Shown: positions 34,434-46,442 of the stretch, in pieces | Layout: every line of letters starts with the position of its first letter | Position numbering within the stretch: position 1 is the stretch's first letter | Assembly (NCBI GenBank): GCA_023264495.1 | Contig: JAHFMM010000001.1 | Span: 1-55,949 of the forward strand | Direction: 5' to 3' | Length of the DNA: 55,949 nt | From: a bacterium | GTDB taxonomy: Bacteria > Patescibacteriota > Minisyncoccia > Phycocordibacterales > Phycocordibacteraceae | Notes under the pieces: generated by a model | Told to the model about the DNA's origin: nothing | The model's input: the letters and a program-made list of their open reading frames with translations, nothing else | Databases searched by the model: none | Made by a program: the position numbers and the translations under genes

Positions 34434-35588
34434 CTACTTGAAATCTTTGATGCGTGCCGTTGCGCCGACTCCGGCGATAGCGACGATAGCGCCCGTAATG
34501 ACGAAGAAGAGCCGGTAGCCGTCAATAAAGAAGATGAGCGTGCCGAGGATTGGAGCAATGATGTTCGCGAGCGGCCACACGCCGCGGAAGACGCTCACCG
34601 AGACGATATTCCGTTCAGACACGCGGCGGAAGAAGTGCCCCTCAGTCATGCTCTCGATGAGCGCTGCGCCCGCACGCGTCCCGACAAGCGCCAGCACGAT
34701 GGTCGTGATTGATGACGTGCTCGAGAGGAAGCCGATGCTCATGAGCGATATACCCGCGAAGAGGAATCCGGCGAACATGAGTTCCTTGTCGCCAATGAGA
34801 CGATCGGCAATCCATCCGGCAGGATATTCGATGAGGATATAGGGAATCAGCATGATAGAGAACATCCAACCGAGCGTTGCCCACGGGAATCCGAGCGTAC
34901 CGTGCAGATAGAGAGGGACATACAGAGGAGCCCAGATATAGAAAAGGTAGAGCACGAAGTGGGCTACGGTTACCGCGGTAAGGTCGCGGTCATGCGAGAG
35001 ATGCTTGAATGTTTCTCTGAAATGAGAAAGTCTTGGTTGGACCCCTTTAGGGAGGCGCCGTTCGGTAAAGAGAACGATGAGGGGTACCATGAAGGCTCCA
35101 GCTGTGAAGAATACGTACGTATAATTGTCGGTATTCGCCAGCAGGGTTCCAATAAGAAGCGGAGCGACAAACGATCCAAGGTTCCCGCCCGTAAGGAAGA
35201 AGGTGTGCGCTCGTCCGGTAGTCCCTTCATTATCAATGGTTGCTTCAAGAAGGAGATCGAGGCCATAGTAGAGGAGCGGTTGGATCGATAAGACAAGCAG
35301 CACGAGTATGGCGCTTGCGATCGTGCTCGGCAGAGTCGCAATGGCAAAAAGCATAACCATAGCGACGAAAGAGAGGAAGAGCACCATCTTTTGCGCGCCG
35401 TAACGCCCCACAAGCGTGGGGAGGAAGAAGAAAGATGCGAGCGCAACGACAGCGCCCGCAGCGATGCCGAGCCCGATAGATGATTCGGAGATGAAAGGGG
35501 AGAGATAGGAGAGGAGCGTGTAGCTCACCAGCGTTGCTGAGATTGCAATAAAGAAATTACCAAGCGCTAAGAGTATGCGAGGATGCAT
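34434..35588 (-). CDS. MFS transporter
   Basis: About 12 hydrophobic segments with MFS-like loop motifs. Confidence 0.85.
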   Translation of the reverse strand: MHPRILLALGNFFIAISATLVSYTLLSYLSPFISESSIGLGIAAGAVVALASFFFLPTLVGRYGAQKMVLFLSFVAMVMLFAIATLPSTIASAILVLLVLSIQPLLYYGLDLLLEATIDNEGTTGRAHTFFLTGGNLGSFVAPLLIGTLLANTDNYTYVFFTAGAFMVPLIVLFTERRLPKGVQPRLSHFRETFKHLSHDRDLTAVTVAHFVLYLFYIWAPLYVPLYLHGTLGFPWATLGWMFSIMLIPYILIEYPAGWIADRLIGDKELMFAGFLFAGISLMSIGFLSSTSSITTIVLALVGTRAGAALIESMTEGHFFRRVSERNIVSVSVFRGVWPLANIIAPILGTLIFFIDGYRLFFVITGAIVAIAGVGATARIKDFK

Positions 35589-35666
35589 TGCGCTTAAAAC
35601 TATATCACAGCGCGCCCGAAGGGCGCGCTGTGGTACGTGTGAAGGTTAAACCTTCACACGTCTTGA

Positions 35667-37577
35667 TTACAGCCCGATAAGGACGGGAATCACCATCGGA
35701 GCCTTGTTGGTTCGTGCGAAGAGGAATCCGGCGAGGACATCCGTGAGATTATCTTTCACATAATCGAGATCGATCGGATTCATGTTATGAGTCGAATCCT
35801 CAATCGTCTTTTTTATGAGGATGCGCGCCTCGTTCAAGAGCGATTGTGACTCGCGCAGGTAGACAAAGCCGCGGCTGATGATGTCGGGCGACTTGCGGAG
35901 CTTGCCCGTCTTTAAGTTCACGCTCGCAATGATGACGAACATGCCGTCCTTAGCGAGCGACTGTCGGTCGCGAATGACTACTTCCTGCATGTCGCCGATC
36001 GTGAAGCCGTCAACGACGAGCGGAGCAGACGGGACCTTCTGTTTGTGCACGACCATCTCCTTGCCATCAACGATGTCGACGACGGTGCCATTGTCAGCGA
36101 GGACGACATTCTGCTTGGGGAATCCTGATTGCTCGACCGCCTTGGCGTGGCAGGCTGTCATCGAGCGGTAGCCGTAGCCTGGCATGAAGAACTTCGGATG
36201 CACTTGTTGGTTGATCCACACGAGTTCGCCCGAATTGCCGTGCCCGGTCGAGTGCACGTCAGAGGAGCGGTAGTGGATGATGGTTACGTTGTTGCGATAG
36301 AGGTTGTCCTTGAGCTTCTGCACCGAGATCTCGTTGCCCGGGATCACCGATGATGAGAGGACGACCGTATCGCGCTCGTTAAAGGTGATGTACTTGTGCT
36401 GCTTGGTGGCGATGCGCATCAGCGCGGCAAATTCTTCGCCCTGCGCGCCCGTGGCAAGCACGATTATCTTATTTGGCGGATAGTCGGCGATCTCTTGTGC
36501 CTGGATCAGAGTTCCTGGATTAATCTTCAGGAGTTCGGCTCGCTCGGCAATCTCGATGTTGGTTTTGATCGAGCGCCCTTCGGTAACGATTTTCTTCCCA
36601 TACTTCTCAGCAAACTGGATGATATTAATCATGCGTTCGAATTGCGAAGCGAAAGTGCCGATGATGAGGCGGCTCTGTACCGTCTTGATGATTTCCTCGA
36701 GCGTCAGAAGCACGCGCGCCTCAGGAATCGAGAAGCCGTCACGTTCGGCGTTGGTCGAGTCAGCAATCAAGAAGAGATTGTCCTCTTTGCCGATAGCACC
36801 CCAGGTCTTCTGCTCGCGCTCGGTCGGGACGCCGTCGACGTGATCGAGCTTCAAGTCGCCTGAGATGACGACGTTGCCATACGGCGTGCGGATGGAGACG
36901 CCCATCGAATCAGGGATCGAGTGCGTAACGGGGAAGAAGCGTACCTTCGTGTTCCCGATAGTGCGCTCGGTGTCGATTTCGATCTCATTAATCTCGAGCT
37001 TCGGGACATCAGGATATTCTTCTTGGCGGCGCTGGATCATGATGCTCGTTGCACGGCGCGTGTAGATCGGCGGATTGCCGAAGCGCGGGAGCGTGAAGGG
37101 GATACCTCCGATATGGTCGAGATGTCCGTGCGTGATAATGACGCCCTTCACGCGGTCAGCATTCTGTTCGAGGAACTTCGTGTTCGGGAGCGTGTAGTCG
37201 ACTCCTGGCGCATCATCTTCGGCTTTGAAATGGAAGCCGGCGTCCATGACGATAATGTCGCCGTTCACGTCGATAGCGACCATGTTGCGTCCGACCTCTT
37301 CGACACCGCCCAAGGGGACGATGCGGACGACATTTTCAGCCGGCTTCTCAGGATAGTAATCGGCGGCGCGCGGCGCGCGCGGTCCGCCGATGCCCGGTCG
37401 GCGCAGGATACGCTGGATGCGCCGCGTGGCGCTTCCTGGGCGTACGCCTCCGCTTCGCGGCGGGCGCGATCCGACTCGCCGGGGACCCTTCCGGGTGTGT
37501 GGCGTTGGTCGGGCAGGACGTGTGTGGCCAGATCGGTCCGGTGTCGGAGCGGGTGCTGGTGCTGGTGCGTAGTTCAT
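35667..37577 (-). CDS. rnj: ribonuclease J with an Arg/Pro-rich N-terminal extension
   Basis: RIVPLGGVEEVGRNM and ITHGHLDHIGGIP motifs plus the beta-CASP and C-terminal domains. Confidence 0.9.
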   Translation of the reverse strand: MNYAPAPAPAPTPDRSGHTRPARPTPHTRKGPRRVGSRPPRSGGVRPGSATRRIQRILRRPGIGGPRAPRAADYYPEKPAENVVRIVPLGGVEEVGRNMVAIDVNGDIIVMDAGFHFKAEDDAPGVDYTLPNTKFLEQNADRVKGVIITHGHLDHIGGIPFTLPRFGNPPIYTRRATSIMIQRRQEEYPDVPKLEINEIEIDTERTIGNTKVRFFPVTHSIPDSMGVSIRTPYGNVVISGDLKLDHVDGVPTEREQKTWGAIGKEDNLFLIADSTNAERDGFSIPEARVLLTLEEIIKTVQSRLIIGTFASQFERMINIIQFAEKYGKKIVTEGRSIKTNIEIAERAELLKINPGTLIQAQEIADYPPNKIIVLATGAQGEEFAALMRIATKQHKYITFNERDTVVLSSSVIPGNEISVQKLKDNLYRNNVTIIHYRSSDVHSTGHGNSGELVWINQQVHPKFFMPGYGYRSMTACHAKAVEQSGFPKQNVVLADNGTVVDIVDGKEMVVHKQKVPSAPLVVDGFTIGDMQEVVIRDRQSLAKDGMFVIIASVNLKTGKLRKSPDIISRGFVYLRESQSLLNEARILIKKTIEDSTHNMNPIDLDYVKDNLTDVLAGFLFARTNKAPMVIPVLIGL

Positions 37578-37652
37578 AGTGATGAGTAATTATTCGGGCT
37601 TGTAATTTGTAAAATGACTATCGTTAAAGACCCGTACGAAAATAGATGCGAC

Positions 37653-39392
37653 CTATCGTGTGAAGATCGGCCACACCGCGTCAGTCGAGCGATACCACGA
37701 GGCAACAGTCGCGAAGCGGTCGGCAGGAACGATGATCTGCGGGAGATCGATGCCGGAGAGGTCAGTAGGCACCGCATAGCTGAACTTGGGTGCGTAGAGG
37801 AATGCTGCCGGATAATCTGCCGCGATAATATCCTCGATCTTCTGCAAGTCGCCCATGCGCGCTTCCTTGCCAGGGTTCCCTCGGGCGTCCTCAAGAAGAG
37901 CGTCAATCGTCTTGTTTGCATAGAGGGCGATATTCAGCCCCGGATCTTTCAATTCCTGAGAGTCCCAGAAGGCATAGAGATCCTGATCGCGGCCGATGAC
38001 CATGCCGTAGAGAAGCGCTCCATACTTCCGCGGCCGAATGACATTTTGCGAGAGATCTCCCGGTTCGTAGAGCTCAATATCAACTCCGATGCCGAGTTTT
38101 TCCCAATCGGTCTTGACCGCAAGAGCGACATCTTTCATCTCGGCGACATTCGAGGTGCGGATGGTGATGGTGTCGAGCGACTGTTTTGCGGCAGCATTCT
38201 TCCATACTCGTGCGTCCCCGTCGTATGTCCATCCTGCCGCTTCGAGTACGTGCGCCGCAGTGGCAATCGGATCGCTTGAGGCAGGAACGGGCGTTTGTTT
38301 GATACTGCTGCTGCCTGGAGGAACAGGCCCCATAATCGGGATTGCTGATCCGCCGAGTACCGTTTCAACGATTGCAGGACGATCGAGCGCGAGAGAGAGC
38401 GCCTTACGCACCTCCGGTCGGGCGTAGATGTGGGTATCGCCTGGATTGAAGAAGACGCCAAAGACGCGCGCATAGGGTGCCGTGAGGGTGTTCGCCGCTG
38501 CGACACCATACGCGCTCTCGACCGAGCCATTCTTCAGTGCGGTCGTCAGCAAGTCAGTATTCGCATAGAAGTTGAAATGGATACTGTCGAGATACGGCCG
38601 CCCAAGCACATAGCGTTGATTCACAACGAGCGACACGCTCTCTATGAGCCCTGACGCATCGCGCGAGATGCTCTTGATCTTGAATGGGCCGGAGCCGACC
38701 GGATTCGTCTCAAGGGTAGAGAAGGGGAATTCAGTATCAGAGATGTTTCGCCACAGGTGCGCCGGGAGAATGCCGAGCGTCGTGAGCTCGAGGAACGGGG
38801 CATAGGGCTTTGCCAGCGTGAAGCGGACAGTGCGTGCGTCAAGCGCGACCACGGTGACGCCAGACCAGTTTGCGTATTCGGGGCTCTTGAGGGCGACATC
38901 TTTCGCTTTCCCGATGGTAAAGACAACATCGTCTGCGGTGAGCGGCGTTCCATCGGTGAAGGTCGTGTCATCTCGCAGAGTAAACGTATACGTCTTGCCG
39001 TCACCGCTCATCACATACTTTTCTGCGAGTATCGGCACAAGAGCCCCGTCCTTGGAGAGACCCATGAGCCCGGCATAGGTGAGTACCGACAGATCGCGGT
39101 CGGCATCGCTGATCGCGAGAAGCGGATTGATGAATTGCGGACTCCCAACGGTACCTTCAGCGAGCGAGCCACCGTACGCCGGGACTTGCACGAGAATCGA
39201 TTGCTCAAGCGCAAGAAGGCTCAGGAGGGAAGCGATACCCACAAGTCCCGAGAGAACGTAGACGATGAAGCGGTCGCCCTGAGAGAGCGATTGCATGTGC
39301 GCGCTCAAGCGGTTCAAGAGCGAGACGGTTCGCAAGCGCGTCAGTGTCTCCTGTGAGCGAGTGCGTACAGAAGACCAGTCTAGGTTGTTCAT
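37653..39392 (-). CDS. family-5 (peptide/nickel type) ABC substrate-binding protein with an N-terminal membrane anchor
   Basis: SBP_bac_5-like sequence throughout. No cognate permease or ATPase is adjacent. Confidence 0.85.
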   Translation of the reverse strand: MNNLDWSSVRTRSQETLTRLRTVSLLNRLSAHMQSLSQGDRFIVYVLSGLVGIASLLSLLALEQSILVQVPAYGGSLAEGTVGSPQFINPLLAISDADRDLSVLTYAGLMGLSKDGALVPILAEKYVMSGDGKTYTFTLRDDTTFTDGTPLTADDVVFTIGKAKDVALKSPEYANWSGVTVVALDARTVRFTLAKPYAPFLELTTLGILPAHLWRNISDTEFPFSTLETNPVGSGPFKIKSISRDASGLIESVSLVVNQRYVLGRPYLDSIHFNFYANTDLLTTALKNGSVESAYGVAAANTLTAPYARVFGVFFNPGDTHIYARPEVRKALSLALDRPAIVETVLGGSAIPIMGPVPPGSSSIKQTPVPASSDPIATAAHVLEAAGWTYDGDARVWKNAAAKQSLDTITIRTSNVAEMKDVALAVKTDWEKLGIGVDIELYEPGDLSQNVIRPRKYGALLYGMVIGRDQDLYAFWDSQELKDPGLNIALYANKTIDALLEDARGNPGKEARMGDLQKIEDIIAADYPAAFLYAPKFSYAVPTDLSGIDLPQIIVPADRFATVASWYRSTDAVWPIFTR

Positions 39393-39628
39393 GCTCCCGC
39401 CAGAAGGAAGTTCGTTACCGCGGTCAGCACGAGGAGCAGCGCGATAACGATCGTCGCGTTGAAAAGGAATTTCTCGGCGCCTCTGCGCTTATAGAATGTC
39501 GACGCGAAGTTGTCGCCTCCGAAGGCTCCTCCGAGAGTCGCGCCGCGCTGCTGGAGCACGATGCCGACTACGAGGAGTATTGAGAGGGTGATTTCCGCGT
39601 ACGGCAGTGCCGATACGAGTGCCTCCAT
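39389..39628 (-). CDS. secG: preprotein translocase subunit SecG
   Basis: 79 aa with two transmembrane segments and LQQRGATLGGAFGG. The ATG at 39628 was chosen inside the 39389..40000 ORF. Confidence 0.8.
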   Translation of the reverse strand: MEALVSALPYAEITLSILLVVGIVLQQRGATLGGAFGGDNFASTFYKRRGAEKFLFNATIVIALLLVLTAVTNFLLAGA

Positions 39629-39678
39629 CTGTGCCCGTAGGATACCATAGATGCTGCTTTTGCCGCAACTGTCGCACA

Positions 39679-39712
39679 TTGGCCAAAGCCTGGCATTGGC
39701 CACATTGGCCAT
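39679..39712. repeat. TGGCCA-rich palindromic repeat, copy 2
   Basis: TTGGCCAAAGCCTGGCATTGGCCACATTGGCCAT, in the divergent secG/HD intergenic region. Confidence 0.7.
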
Positions 39713-39751
39713 GCACACTATGTGATATAGTCTTCTTACCATAAATAATGT

Positions 39752-40870
39752 ATGCATTCTGAAGAATCCTACAAGCCCCACGCTGAGCGGAGAGAAACAC
39801 CTAATGAACAGGCGGTCGAGATAGCTGGACGCGGGGAGTATACAGAGATAGTGCAAGTATTGCGCGAGAACGGTCTTCTTGACGATGAGGTTGCCAGAGT
39901 GCGGCAGGAGTATGGGCTCGATGATATCCAGTGTATGACAGATGATGATCGACAAGAGTTTACCGTGCTTGATCTCTATGATCCAGAAACCGCACGGCAT
40001 TGTCTCGAGACCTACCGTCTCGCCCGGGAAAAGATGGAGAAGGAAATCTCTCCCGGGATATCATTTGCGCAACTCATCGAACGGCAAGACGGTGTATCGC
40101 TCGATCAATTCTATCGCGCCTGCCTGCTGCACGATATAGGGAAAGTCGAGGTGCCGCGCGCAATCATACACCATCCTATGGGTGATGCTGCCATGCTTGA
40201 GTGCGTTCACCACTTCTTTCATGAGCTGTACACGGCTGGAAAAGTACCTGCGGTGCTTGGGTTGGGAGAGAATGCGACAGATGTCGATATCGACCAGGCC
40301 TTTAAGGATCATCGTATGGTTCGTCCGATACAGGTAGTGCCGGCGTATGACGTGCTTACGCGAGAGGAACTAGCAGAAATCTATCGTCGTGGGTTTACCG
40401 GAGAAGAAACTTTGCTCGATATCATTAAGCCGCACGAAGCCGCCTCAGGCCGTATTCTCTCCGAGCGAGGACTGTCGGTCGAAGCATATCTCGTCGCACA
40501 CCATCATAATTATGGCGGAGAATCATTGCGTTACCCGATTGCTATCGGGGCAATGGACATCAGTATCGACCTTGTCGACGTGTTGCATCTCGCTGATGTG
40601 TCGCAAGCGCTACGCTCGCCTGCACGCCGCTACAAAGAAATATTCGGCGATTTGCATAATATGGCGATCATCGTTAAACATGCTGAAGAAGGGAAAGTGT
40701 CGCCGATTGCGGCATACTTCTGGCTTGAGGACGATTTAAAGACCTACGAAAGACAAAACAAAGAAAAAACTTCGAATCAAGAGAAATCAAAAGAAGAGGA
40801 AGAGCATCTTGTTGCCGTGCGTTCCTTCCTGACTAAGACCGAGAGCGCCATCGGGCAAGCATTGCACTGA
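39752..40870 (+). CDS. HD-domain phosphohydrolase, HD-GYP-like with a degenerate GYP motif
   Basis: LLHDIGK, HHHNYGGESLRYP and LADVSQALRSPARRYKE motifs. Confidence 0.7.
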   Translation: MHSEESYKPHAERRETPNEQAVEIAGRGEYTEIVQVLRENGLLDDEVARVRQEYGLDDIQCMTDDDRQEFTVLDLYDPETARHCLETYRLAREKMEKEISPGISFAQLIERQDGVSLDQFYRACLLHDIGKVEVPRAIIHHPMGDAAMLECVHHFFHELYTAGKVPAVLGLGENATDVDIDQAFKDHRMVRPIQVVPAYDVLTREELAEIYRRGFTGEETLLDIIKPHEAASGRILSERGLSVEAYLVAHHHNYGGESLRYPIAIGAMDISIDLVDVLHLADVSQALRSPARRYKEIFGDLHNMAIIVKHAEEGKVSPIAAYFWLEDDLKTYERQNKEKTSNQEKSKEEEEHLVAVRSFLTKTESAIGQALH

Positions 40871-40950
40871 CGAGCCGCCTTTCGTATACTCAACGAACAC
40901 GGGCAGTACGGGCGCTGCCTGCCGGGATTATACATAATTATAGAACACCT

Positions 40951-42892
<1,942 letters not shown>

Positions 42893-42907
42893 AAGAGGTA
42901 TTAGGAG

Positions 42908-42938
42908 AAAAAGCCCCAGCATCCTGCGGGGGCTTTTT
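42908..42938 (+). terminator. intrinsic terminator after groEL
   Basis: AAAAAGCCCCAGC-ATCCT-GCGGGGGCTTTTT. Confidence 0.7.
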
Positions 42939-42946
42939 AACAAGCA

Positions 42947-42975
42947 TTGACAGCTGTAATACAGCTTGTTACACT
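42947..42975 (+). promoter_or_regulatory. consensus-like promoter with an operator-like inverted repeat for the third TA pair
   Basis: TTGACA, 17-nt spacer, TGTTACACT. The ATG follows 8 nt downstream. AACAAGC (42939-45) and GCTTGTT (42964-70) bracket the -35/spacer. Confidence 0.55.
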
Positions 42976-42983
42976 CTATATAT

Positions 42984-43199
42984 ATGAGAAGCGTCATAAA
43001 TATCTCCGTTCCTGATCTAGTAAGGAAAGAGGTCGATCGCGAAGTGCGTGCCGGCGGCTACGCCTCAGTGAGCGAATTCTTCCGTGCTGTGTTGCGCGAA
43101 CGAAAGGAGCAGATGCTCCTGCGCGATGTCGAAGAAAGCCGTCGAGAAGTTCAAGCCGGGCACGCGCGAGTATTGCGATCGCTGAAGGATCTCCGCTAG
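42984..43199 (+). CDS. ribbon-helix-helix (ParD/CopG-like) antitoxin
   Basis: MRSVINISVPDLVRKEVDREVRAGGYASVSEFFRAVL, upstream of a RelE-family toxin. Confidence 0.65.
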   Translation: MRSVINISVPDLVRKEVDREVRAGGYASVSEFFRAVLRERKEQMLLRDVEESRREVQAGHARVLRSLKDLR

Positions 43200-43205
43200 C
43201 CGCGC

Positions 43206-43463
43206 ATGCAGATACTGTACTCCGCGCGATTTGTGAGGCGCTACAAGAAGCTCACTGCATCAGTGAAGTCTTCTGCCGAACATCGCGAAAAGCTTTTCCG
43301 CAAAGATCGCAACAATCCGCTTCTCGGAACGCATAAGCTGAAAGGGAAGATGGCGGGACTCTGGGCATTCTCAATCAGCGATCGATTCAGAATTATATTC
43401 GAACAAGTAGATGAAGAGACGACTATCTTCCATACTGTCGGAGATCATAACGTGTACGAATAA
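43206..43463 (+). CDS. RelE/StbE (YafQ-like) mRNA interferase toxin
   Basis: LLGTHKLKGKMAGLWAFSISDRFRIIFEQVDEETTIFHTVGDHNVY. Confidence 0.8.
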   Translation: MQILYSARFVRRYKKLTASVKSSAEHREKLFRKDRNNPLLGTHKLKGKMAGLWAFSISDRFRIIFEQVDEETTIFHTVGDHNVYE

Positions 43464-43488
43464 AAATCGCGGGTGCCGCGGTTGTACA

Positions 43489-44223
43489 TTACGAGAGGGT
43501 GAGATGCTCGTTGAAGCTTATGACACGCCATCCGCGAGCTGGTGAGAATAGTTGCCACGGATGGAATTCGATTATCGTAATGCCGGCATTGTCAGAAATA
43601 TTGAAGAAAGAAAGTTTTACGAAATCGCTCGCGTGGAGCCGTTCTCGGTAGAGGAGATACGCGACAATCATCTTGAGGATGTGGTGGTGAGTAATAATGA
43701 TCGTGCCATCTCGGCCTTGCTGTGCGAGAAGCGCGAGGCAAGTTCGCGCACGCTTCTTCAGTTCTGAGAATGTTTCTTCGTCAGAGAAAAGATAGTCGTC
43801 ATCGTGGTAGGCAAGATCCATCTGATCGACGATGCGGATGACTTCGGGATCCCGCGTGTTCTTGCCGATGATCTCGCTCGGGTTTCTTCTCTCGGTGAAA
43901 AGAAGAGAAGGGATGATAGGGACATGAAGATTGGCATTGATGATCGCCGCAGTCTCAAGCGCTCTCGGATAGGCGCTTGAGACGATGCGTGCTATGCGGA
44001 GGGGGCGCAAATACTTTCCGATCATGACCGCCTGTTCTCGCCCGCGTTCTGACAGTTCTCCAGTCTCCCCTTGCCGAATGTGTTGCGCATTAAGCAGGGT
44101 TTCGCCATGACGAATAAGATAGAATCGCCGCGGTCGCATGAACAAGAGCAGTATGAGGATACCGGAAACGCATGCGATTGTGGCGAGGACAGGGTCTATC
44201 TCAAGAGAGGCGGGCATGTGCAT
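43489..44223 (-). CDS. histidine phosphatase (phosphoglycerate mutase-like) family protein with an N-terminal transmembrane segment
   Basis: LIRHGETLLN catalytic motif. The start may be ATG 44217, which has TATACT 8 nt upstream. Confidence 0.8.
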   Translation of the reverse strand: MHMPASLEIDPVLATIACVSGILILLLFMRPRRFYLIRHGETLLNAQHIRQGETGELSERGREQAVMIGKYLRPLRIARIVSSAYPRALETAAIINANLHVPIIPSLLFTERRNPSEIIGKNTRDPEVIRIVDQMDLAYHDDDYLFSDEETFSELKKRARTCLALLAQQGRDGTIIITHHHILKMIVAYLLYRERLHASDFVKLSFFNISDNAGITIIEFHPWQLFSPARGWRVISFNEHLTLS

Positions 44224-44252
44224 CTAGTATACCCGAATGATACACTTCACCC

Positions 44253-45740
44253 ATGAAGTTACATAAGTATCTCGCTTCTCATGGATGGATGTACAGCATC
44301 GTCGCTCTCGTTGTCATTGTGAGCGGCTATATATTCTTTGCGAGACACACCGGCTCACCCTATCAATTCATCACCGTCACGCGGGGTTCTATCGAGCAGA
44401 CGGTCTCGGTGACGGGTAATACGACGCCCACAAAGAGCGTCTCGCTCGGCTTTCAGAATACCGGCACGATCGCGCATCTCTATTATTCTTTGGGAGATCG
44501 GGTAGCGGCAGGCGCGATCATTGCCGAGCTTAACACGGCAAGTCTCTCGGCTGCATTCGCACAGGCACAGGCGAATCTGGCGGTTGCACAGGCGAATCTG
44601 GCAGGACTCACTGCGGGCACGCGGCCCGAACAGCTCGCCATCGATCAAAACGCTGTCATGCAAGACCAGATTGCGCTCAGGAATGTGATCATGAGCGCAT
44701 ATGCCGCTGCCGACACAGCCGTTCATAACACTGCCGATCAGCTCTTTATCAATCCACGCACCACAAATGCCGCGCTTACGGTTGTCGTCCCTGATGCGAA
44801 CCTTGTCAATCAGATAGTGCAAGAACGTAGCGCTCTCGAGCCAGTGCTCGCCAATTGGAATGCCGAGAACATTACTGCCGTACAGGCATCAGAGAATCTC
44901 ACGCAAATCACCGTCTTCCTTAATGATCTTGCTGCTGCTCTCGCTAAGACACAACCCTCGGCAAACATCTCAGCCACAACCTTGAGTTCGTACGCATCGG
45001 CAATAGCGGCCGCACGCACAAGCGTCACTGCTGCAGCGAGCGCATTGACCGCGGCACAGTCGGTGCTCACGGCCGCAGATGGCGCACTCGCACTCGCGCA
45101 GGCGGGTCCGACGCCACAGGCAGTAGCGGCGGGGGAGGCGCAGGTCGCGGTGGCGCGCGCAAGTGTCGCAAGCGCTCGAGCTGCTCTTGAGAACGCAGAG
45201 ATTGTCGCGCCTATAGGCGGCACCATCATCGGACTCGACGCGAAGGTCGGCCAGCTCGCGACGCCCGGCACGCCGCTTGTCGCTATCATCGGTACCGGCG
45301 GTTTTGAGGTCGATGTTGGCGTCTCGGAGACGGATATCGGCAAGCTCACGGTCGCAGACGCGGCGTCGATGACGCTCGACGCCCTCCCGAACGAGACCTT
45401 CACTGGCAAGGTATTCTATATCGCTCCCGCGCAGACCAACACGCAAGGTGTGATCACGTATCTGATCAAAATATCCTTCGACAAGCCGGACGCGCGCTTC
45501 AAGAGCGGGCTCACGACGAATGTAACTATCGAATCGAAGCGCGACGACAATGTCCTCATACTCCCGCAGTATGCGATCTTGCAGAACGATAGCGGCACCT
45601 TCGTTGAGATCTTGTCTAGGGGCGGAGCGACGACGAGCCCCGTCACGCTCGGCATACAAGACCAAAAAGGAAACGTCGAAGTGCTCCGTGGTGTGAGCGA
45701 GGGGGAGCAGGTGATTAATATCGGGCTCAAGCCACAATGA
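44253..45740 (+). CDS. HlyD/MacA-like periplasmic adaptor (membrane fusion) protein
   Basis: N-terminal transmembrane segment, long Ala-rich coiled coil and barrel domains. Translationally coupled to the ABC genes. Confidence 0.8.
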   Translation: MKLHKYLASHGWMYSIVALVVIVSGYIFFARHTGSPYQFITVTRGSIEQTVSVTGNTTPTKSVSLGFQNTGTIAHLYYSLGDRVAAGAIIAELNTASLSAAFAQAQANLAVAQANLAGLTAGTRPEQLAIDQNAVMQDQIALRNVIMSAYAAADTAVHNTADQLFINPRTTNAALTVVVPDANLVNQIVQERSALEPVLANWNAENITAVQASENLTQITVFLNDLAAALAKTQPSANISATTLSSYASAIAAARTSVTAAASALTAAQSVLTAADGALALAQAGPTPQAVAAGEAQVAVARASVASARAALENAEIVAPIGGTIIGLDAKVGQLATPGTPLVAIIGTGGFEVDVGVSETDIGKLTVADAASMTLDALPNETFTGKVFYIAPAQTNTQGVITYLIKISFDKPDARFKSGLTTNVTIESKRDDNVLILPQYAILQNDSGTFVEILSRGGATTSPVTLGIQDQKGNVEVLRGVSEGEQVINIGLKPQ

Positions 45741-46441
45741 TCGAGGTGCATAACCTGCAGAAGGAATATCTCGATGAAGAGACATCGACCTTGGCGCTTC
45801 GCGACGTAAGTTTCTCTATAAAGAAAGGCGAGTTCGTCTCGATCATGGGCCCGTCCGGGAGCGGGAAGTCGACCCTGCTTCAGATACTGAGCTTCCTGGA
45901 TCGGCCGACTGGCGGCACCTACACCTTCGATGGCCGGAGCATCGACGAGATGACCGACCGCGAGCTCGCGCAGGTTCGCAATAGAGACATGGGCTTCGTC
46001 TTTCAATCATTCAATCTGCTCTCACGCCTGACGGTATATGACAATGTCGAGATTCCGCTCCTCTATTCAAACATCCCGCCCGCGAGCCGCCCTGCGCTCG
46101 TCGAGGCGGCCGTCAACTCGGTCGGTCTCGAAGAGAAGCTTAACACCGAGGCTGGCAAGCTCTCGGGCGGGCAGAAGCAGCGCGTCGCCATCGCCCGTGC
46201 GCTCGTTACCGGTCCCGCAGTCATTTTCGCGGACGAGCCGACCGGCAATCTCGACTCGCAGTCTGGTTTGCAGATCATGGATATCCTCGATTCGCTCAAC
46301 AAGAAAGGTCGCACCGTGATACTCGTTACGCATGAGACGCAGACTGCCGAGTTTGCCAATCGCATCGTGAGGATCAGGGACGGTAAGGTAGAGAGCGACG
46401 AGCCGATAGCCGCACACCGCGCGAGCGGCAGTCTCAAGTAA
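45737..46441 (+). CDS. ABC transporter ATP-binding protein (MacB/LolD type)
   Basis: Walker [10 protein letters not shown], signature LSGGQKQR, Walker [12 protein letters not shown]. Confidence 0.93.
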   Translation: MIEVHNLQKEYLDEETSTLALRDVSFSIKKGEFVSIMGPSGSGKSTLLQILSFLDRPTGGTYTFDGRSIDEMTDRELAQVRNRDMGFVFQSFNLLSRLTVYDNVEIPLLYSNIPPASRPALVEAAVNSVGLEEKLNTEAGKLSGGQKQRVAIARALVTGPAVIFADEPTGNLDSQSGLQIMDILDSLNKKGRTVILVTHETQTAEFANRIVRIRDGKVESDEPIAAHRASGSLK

Positions 46442-46442
46442 T

